Shown here: one piece after another, positions 6,218-9,361 of the stretch
Layout: each line of letters opens with the position of its first letter
Position numbering within the stretch: position 1 is the first letter of the stretch
Source of the DNA: Amoeboradix gromovi X-113
Taxonomy: Eukaryota > Fungi > Sanchytriomycota
DNA length: 9,361 bases
NCBI GenBank assembly: GCA_018985225.1
Contig: JADGIF010000397.1
Location: 1-9,361, forward strand
Direction of reading: 5' to 3'
Program-made: the position numbers and the translations under genes
Notes under the pieces: model-generated
The model's input: the letters and a program-made list of their open reading frames with translations, nothing else
Told to the model about the DNA's origin: nothing
The model's database searches: none

Positions 6218-8533
6218 TTATTCTACTTGATTATATAATGAATCCCCTGTTATTATACCTCTTAATTCTTGCATACTTATGTTACTTGCTCCTCCTGTAA
6301 AAGCATCCTTGAACATGGTCAACTTTCTCTTCTGTATCTCTTGAATGTTTAATTCTATGCTATCTTGCGTTATCAGCCTATAGGCAATAACTTCCTCTTT
6401 TTGTCCTATTCTGTATATCCGGTCTATTGCCTGTGCCTCATTTACCATATTCCAGCTCGGGTTTACTATAAAACACCTGCTTGCACAGTTCAGATTCAGT
6501 CCCAATCCTCCTACCTTGAGGCTGCTTAGCAATACAGTGTATTCCTGGTCATTCATAAAAATATCCAATAACGTACTCCTGTCTTTTGTCTCTCCTGTTA
6601 GCTTCAAGTATTTGTAATCACACAGCAAAGGTGCTAGAATATCAAAAAACTGAGTAAACTCACAAAATATAATTGATTTCTTGATGTCGCTGGAGTGAAA
6701 TTCTATTAGTTTATCCAGTATAAACTGTACTTTGCCATTAACGTCGGGATTATTTTTCAAATCTAGTTCAAGTTTATCGCTGCTCTCTATAACTAATGAT
6801 TTATCAAAGATGTCCTCATCTGTAAGTGCTTTGTTACAAACCAAGCATTCCACTCGGTGCTCCTCTTGATCTAAATCAACATTTATATCATCTGAATCAT
6901 TAACTGTGGGCCGGTTTAAGCATGATGAACAAAATACGTGGTTACAGCTGGTTATCAGAGTGCCATGTAGTGAGCTACAATCCATGCACCATACGTGTTT
7001 AATAGCCGTCTTCTTTAGGTGCTTTAATATCGATTTAAATCCTAGTTGCGGGTGTAAACAAAATTGGCGCTGTCGTAACAGTAAGGTAAACATTCCTATA
7101 ATTGTAATGTTACGACCACTTAAGAGCATATTCTTATAGTCTTTAATAGTCTGCAATCTTAATTGTTGGTATACCTCAATTTGTTCTGCTGTTAACTCAA
7201 AGAAAACATCAATTTCAGTTTTGGGCGGTAACTCAATAATTAACTTGCCGTTTATCATAGTTTTCTTAGTTCTGCGCAAGCACAGTTGAGAAAGAACAGA
7301 CTTCAATCTGTTACCACCTTTGCCATGCTTGTATGCCATAATAAACTGACCCCAAACCGACTTAACACTCAAATCATTACAGCGTAGATATCTTAACAGT
7401 CCATATATGTCATCGATACTATTGACAAGTGGAGTAGCTGTAACAGCATATCTACGATGGCTTTGTATCATCGTGCAAGCCAAGTTTGTCAATGTTTTGC
7501 TATTTATGACTTTGTGCGCTTCGTCCAATATTACTCTGTAAAAATATATGAAGTACAAAGCGCTACCCTTGGTTATGGGGTTGCTTACAAGAGCCTCTTT
7601 TGGTTTGATTTTAAATGATTTTTTGAAATCGCTAACTAGAGTGCCATATGTGGCTAATATCACATCAAAGAGCTGTAAATCATTGATGCTAGTCTTGTTG
7701 TTATATACACACACACTTATGTCATCTGTATGTTGCTGTATTTGAGTTAACCAATTGGAAATTAAAGATTTGGGAACAATAATCAAAGTAGATTTTGAGA
7801 ATGTTGGATTTATGGGTATTTGGGACTCGTAATATGCCAAATCTTCGTTAGGGCTCATACGATCGTTCACGTCAACATTGTGCCGGGAATCTGCGATCAA
7901 AGAGATCATTGTAAGGGTTTTCCCCAAGCCCATGTCGTCGGCAAGGATTGCGCTGCTTTTAAAGCCAGACTTTGGGTTGTTTTCAATTTCTATTAACCAA
8001 TGAAGCGCTTGCTTTTGATGTGTTAACAATGGAGTGAGAACATTTGCACTAGGCGTACGCATAGGAAGATTCACTTCACCAAGACCAAGATCTAAAATAG
8101 AGCGAAGCTCTTTGATATCCTGAGATTGAGGTGGATTTTGTTGATGAAGATTAGGCTGATTTTCTGGTTGGATTACTTTGACCCTCTTGTTCGGACTGGC
8201 ATTATCTAATCGACGGATACCTACCATCTGATTCAGTCTGTTAGATAACGATGGATAGTATTTAAGAGCCGGATTGATTGTGGGTGGAGGAATCTGTGGT
8301 ATGTTTGTTAAAAATTGTTGAGGGAAAAGCTGAATATTGCCGCGCACTTGAATAGAATGGGTGTTATTGAACAAAATAGAACATTGGCCTGTACCAAGTC
8401 CATTGATTTTCCCAATTTTGTTACCCTTGAATAATAAATCAGATTGATTTAACTGTATCTCATAGCCAGATAAATAAGCTTCTAGTATATATTCCATTTT
8501 AAATTCTACTAAATCTGCAATTTGAAGTGTCAT
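6218..8533 (-). CDS. SNF2-family ATPase with embedded C3HC4 RING finger (Rad5/Rad16/HLTF-like), about 771 aa
   Basis: Motifs: I LADDMGLGKT, Ia TLIIVPKSLISNW, TYG, II VILDEAH, III VTATPLVN, RING CMDC..CNHVFCSSC..CLVC (6988-6836), IV IIFCEFT, V SLKVGGLGLNL, VI QAIDRIYRIGQ. First in-frame ATG is at 8533; the track's TTG start at 8605 is unlikely in a eukaryote. No intron is needed. Confidence 0.93.
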   Translation of the reverse strand: MTLQIADLVEFKMEYILEAYLSGYEIQLNQSDLLFKGNKIGKINGLGTGQCSILFNNTHSIQVRGNIQLFPQQFLTNIPQIPPPTINPALKYYPSLSNRLNQMVGIRRLDNASPNKRVKVIQPENQPNLHQQNPPQSQDIKELRSILDLGLGEVNLPMRTPSANVLTPLLTHQKQALHWLIEIENNPKSGFKSSAILADDMGLGKTLTMISLIADSRHNVDVNDRMSPNEDLAYYESQIPINPTFSKSTLIIVPKSLISNWLTQIQQHTDDISVCVYNNKTSINDLQLFDVILATYGTLVSDFKKSFKIKPKEALVSNPITKGSALYFIYFYRVILDEAHKVINSKTLTNLACTMIQSHRRYAVTATPLVNSIDDIYGLLRYLRCNDLSVKSVWGQFIMAYKHGKGGNRLKSVLSQLCLRRTKKTMINGKLIIELPPKTEIDVFFELTAEQIEVYQQLRLQTIKDYKNMLLSGRNITIIGMFTLLLRQRQFCLHPQLGFKSILKHLKKTAIKHVWCMDCSSLHGTLITSCNHVFCSSCLNRPTVNDSDDINVDLDQEEHRVECLVCNKALTDEDIFDKSLVIESSDKLELDLKNNPDVNGKVQFILDKLIEFHSSDIKKSIIFCEFTQFFDILAPLLCDYKYLKLTGETKDRSTLLDIFMNDQEYTVLLSSLKVGGLGLNLNCASRCFIVNPSWNMVNEAQAIDRIYRIGQKEEVIAYRLITQDSIELNIQEIQKRKLTMFKDAFTGGASNISMQELRGIITGDSLYNQVE

Positions 8534-9149
8534 TGTTGGAGTCAATGGTGTTTTGAAATATGGAGTACAACGAATTGAAAGGAAAGTAGAAAAACAACGT
8601 TGCAAGAATTTGATTTATTGGTCTAACATTTTAGATAGAGAGATGGCTGCTGGAACACGTTCTACAAACTGTATTAAACATTCTAGTAAATTCTTTGTGT
8701 ACATTAAAGAAAAATTAGTTACAACGAAGCTAATGTTAGCTGGTTAAAGATTTAGACACCCATTTAGGCAGCTTTCATATCCTTGACATTCTACTATCAG
8801 TATGTGGAATAGTCGGTTCTTACGTTTAACCGAGTATGCGACATGAGGTGGATTTACAACCTGTAAGCCGCAGAACATGCGACAAATCCCTAAGACTTTA
8901 GGATTTAGTCTGTTGTGTTCTTCCATATTTAAGATTGCTATCTGGACATACCGGCATGACAGGTCCAATTTCATCATTTACCTGCATCGCCGGTTTGTTG
9001 TGTTTAAAATAATGATGTACCTTAAGAAGGCTCTTTGATTGATAGTCAATTTCATCTAGATACTCTAATACCTCTATACAATAGTCGGCATTATTTATGA
9101 ACATATTGAAGTTCCAATGGTACAGACACCTGCATGTATTAATATTAAT

Positions 9150-9361
9150 CTGTGTTTGAATCCAGGCTGGTGCACTTTGCAACAACCAATATGTAGGCAC
9201 ACCTGAAATCAAGTGAATTAATAGAGTCATTCACAAATGATTATCTAACAAAGGGGACAGTTTGGAGAACTGGAAAAAAAGATGTTTCAGCTTTATTACT
9301 TTATGGATTTAAGAGGCGAGTGGACATTCAGCTAGTTGCGGAGTTGACGAGTATAAAAGGA
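9150..9361 (+). pseudogene. Possible frameshifted Fanzor-like relic (RuvC-I, bridge helix and RuvC-II-like pieces), running off the window
   Basis: LCLNPG (9150-9167) resembles RuvC-I hhhDPG with GAT>AAT. The frame from 9197 reads AHLKSSELIESFTNDYLTKGTVWRTGKKDVSALLLYGFKRRVDIQLV. A one-base shift at 9338-9340 continues as GVDEYKR, resembling RuvC-II V[DN]EYxTS. The pieces lie in three different frames and the spacing is shorter than expected. Confidence 0.35.

Noticed and set aside
6906-7745. Plus-strand ORFs of 77 and 65 aa
   Set aside because: Antisense shadows of the SNF2 gene.
8802-8843. MWNSRFLRL resembling the hAT transposase RWNS motif
   Set aside because: It lacks the preceding T-R, is flanked by stops and has no other hAT motifs, so a chance match is likely.
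9138-9149. Perfect palindrome ATTAATATTAAT
   Set aside because: Pure A/T sequence, expected by chance in this composition.
8744-9230. Minus-strand ORFs of 77 and 110 aa as genes
   Set aside because: No recognisable domain and no clean tiny-intron join found. They cannot be excluded, but they are unsupported.
1-9361. Stop-codon reassignment, or a CRISPR array, tRNA or rRNA
   Set aside because: The three long genes read through without internal stops in the standard code and end at TAG, TGA or TAA. No regularly spaced repeats or structural RNA signatures were seen.

Overview
AT-rich, gene-dense eukaryotic DNA. The proteins look fungal-type, so a compact early-diverging fungal or fungus-like genome is likely, but this is inference only. 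Three host genes are present. (1) A short ABCC/MRP (Ybt1/Ycf1-like) transporter on +, join(245..3344,3364..3965), about 1233 aa; its apparent frameshift is resolved exactly by a 19-nt GT-AG intron inside the NBD2 Walker A. (2) A signal peptide + DOMON-like + cytochrome-b561-like membrane protein with an acidic tail on -, 4004..5590. (3) A Rad5/Rad16-like SNF2 ATPase with an embedded RING finger on -, 6218..8533. The ORF track misses that the spacers carry TnpB/Fanzor-like (OMEGA RNA-guided RuvC nuclease) sequence: an open C-terminus at 3..182 (+), a pseudogenised C-terminus at about 5897..6118 (-) followed by a pseudoknot-capable omegaRNA-like tract, and a weaker frameshifted RuvC-I/II-like relic at about 9150..9361 (+). 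All family calls are from motif recognition by eye; no searches were run.
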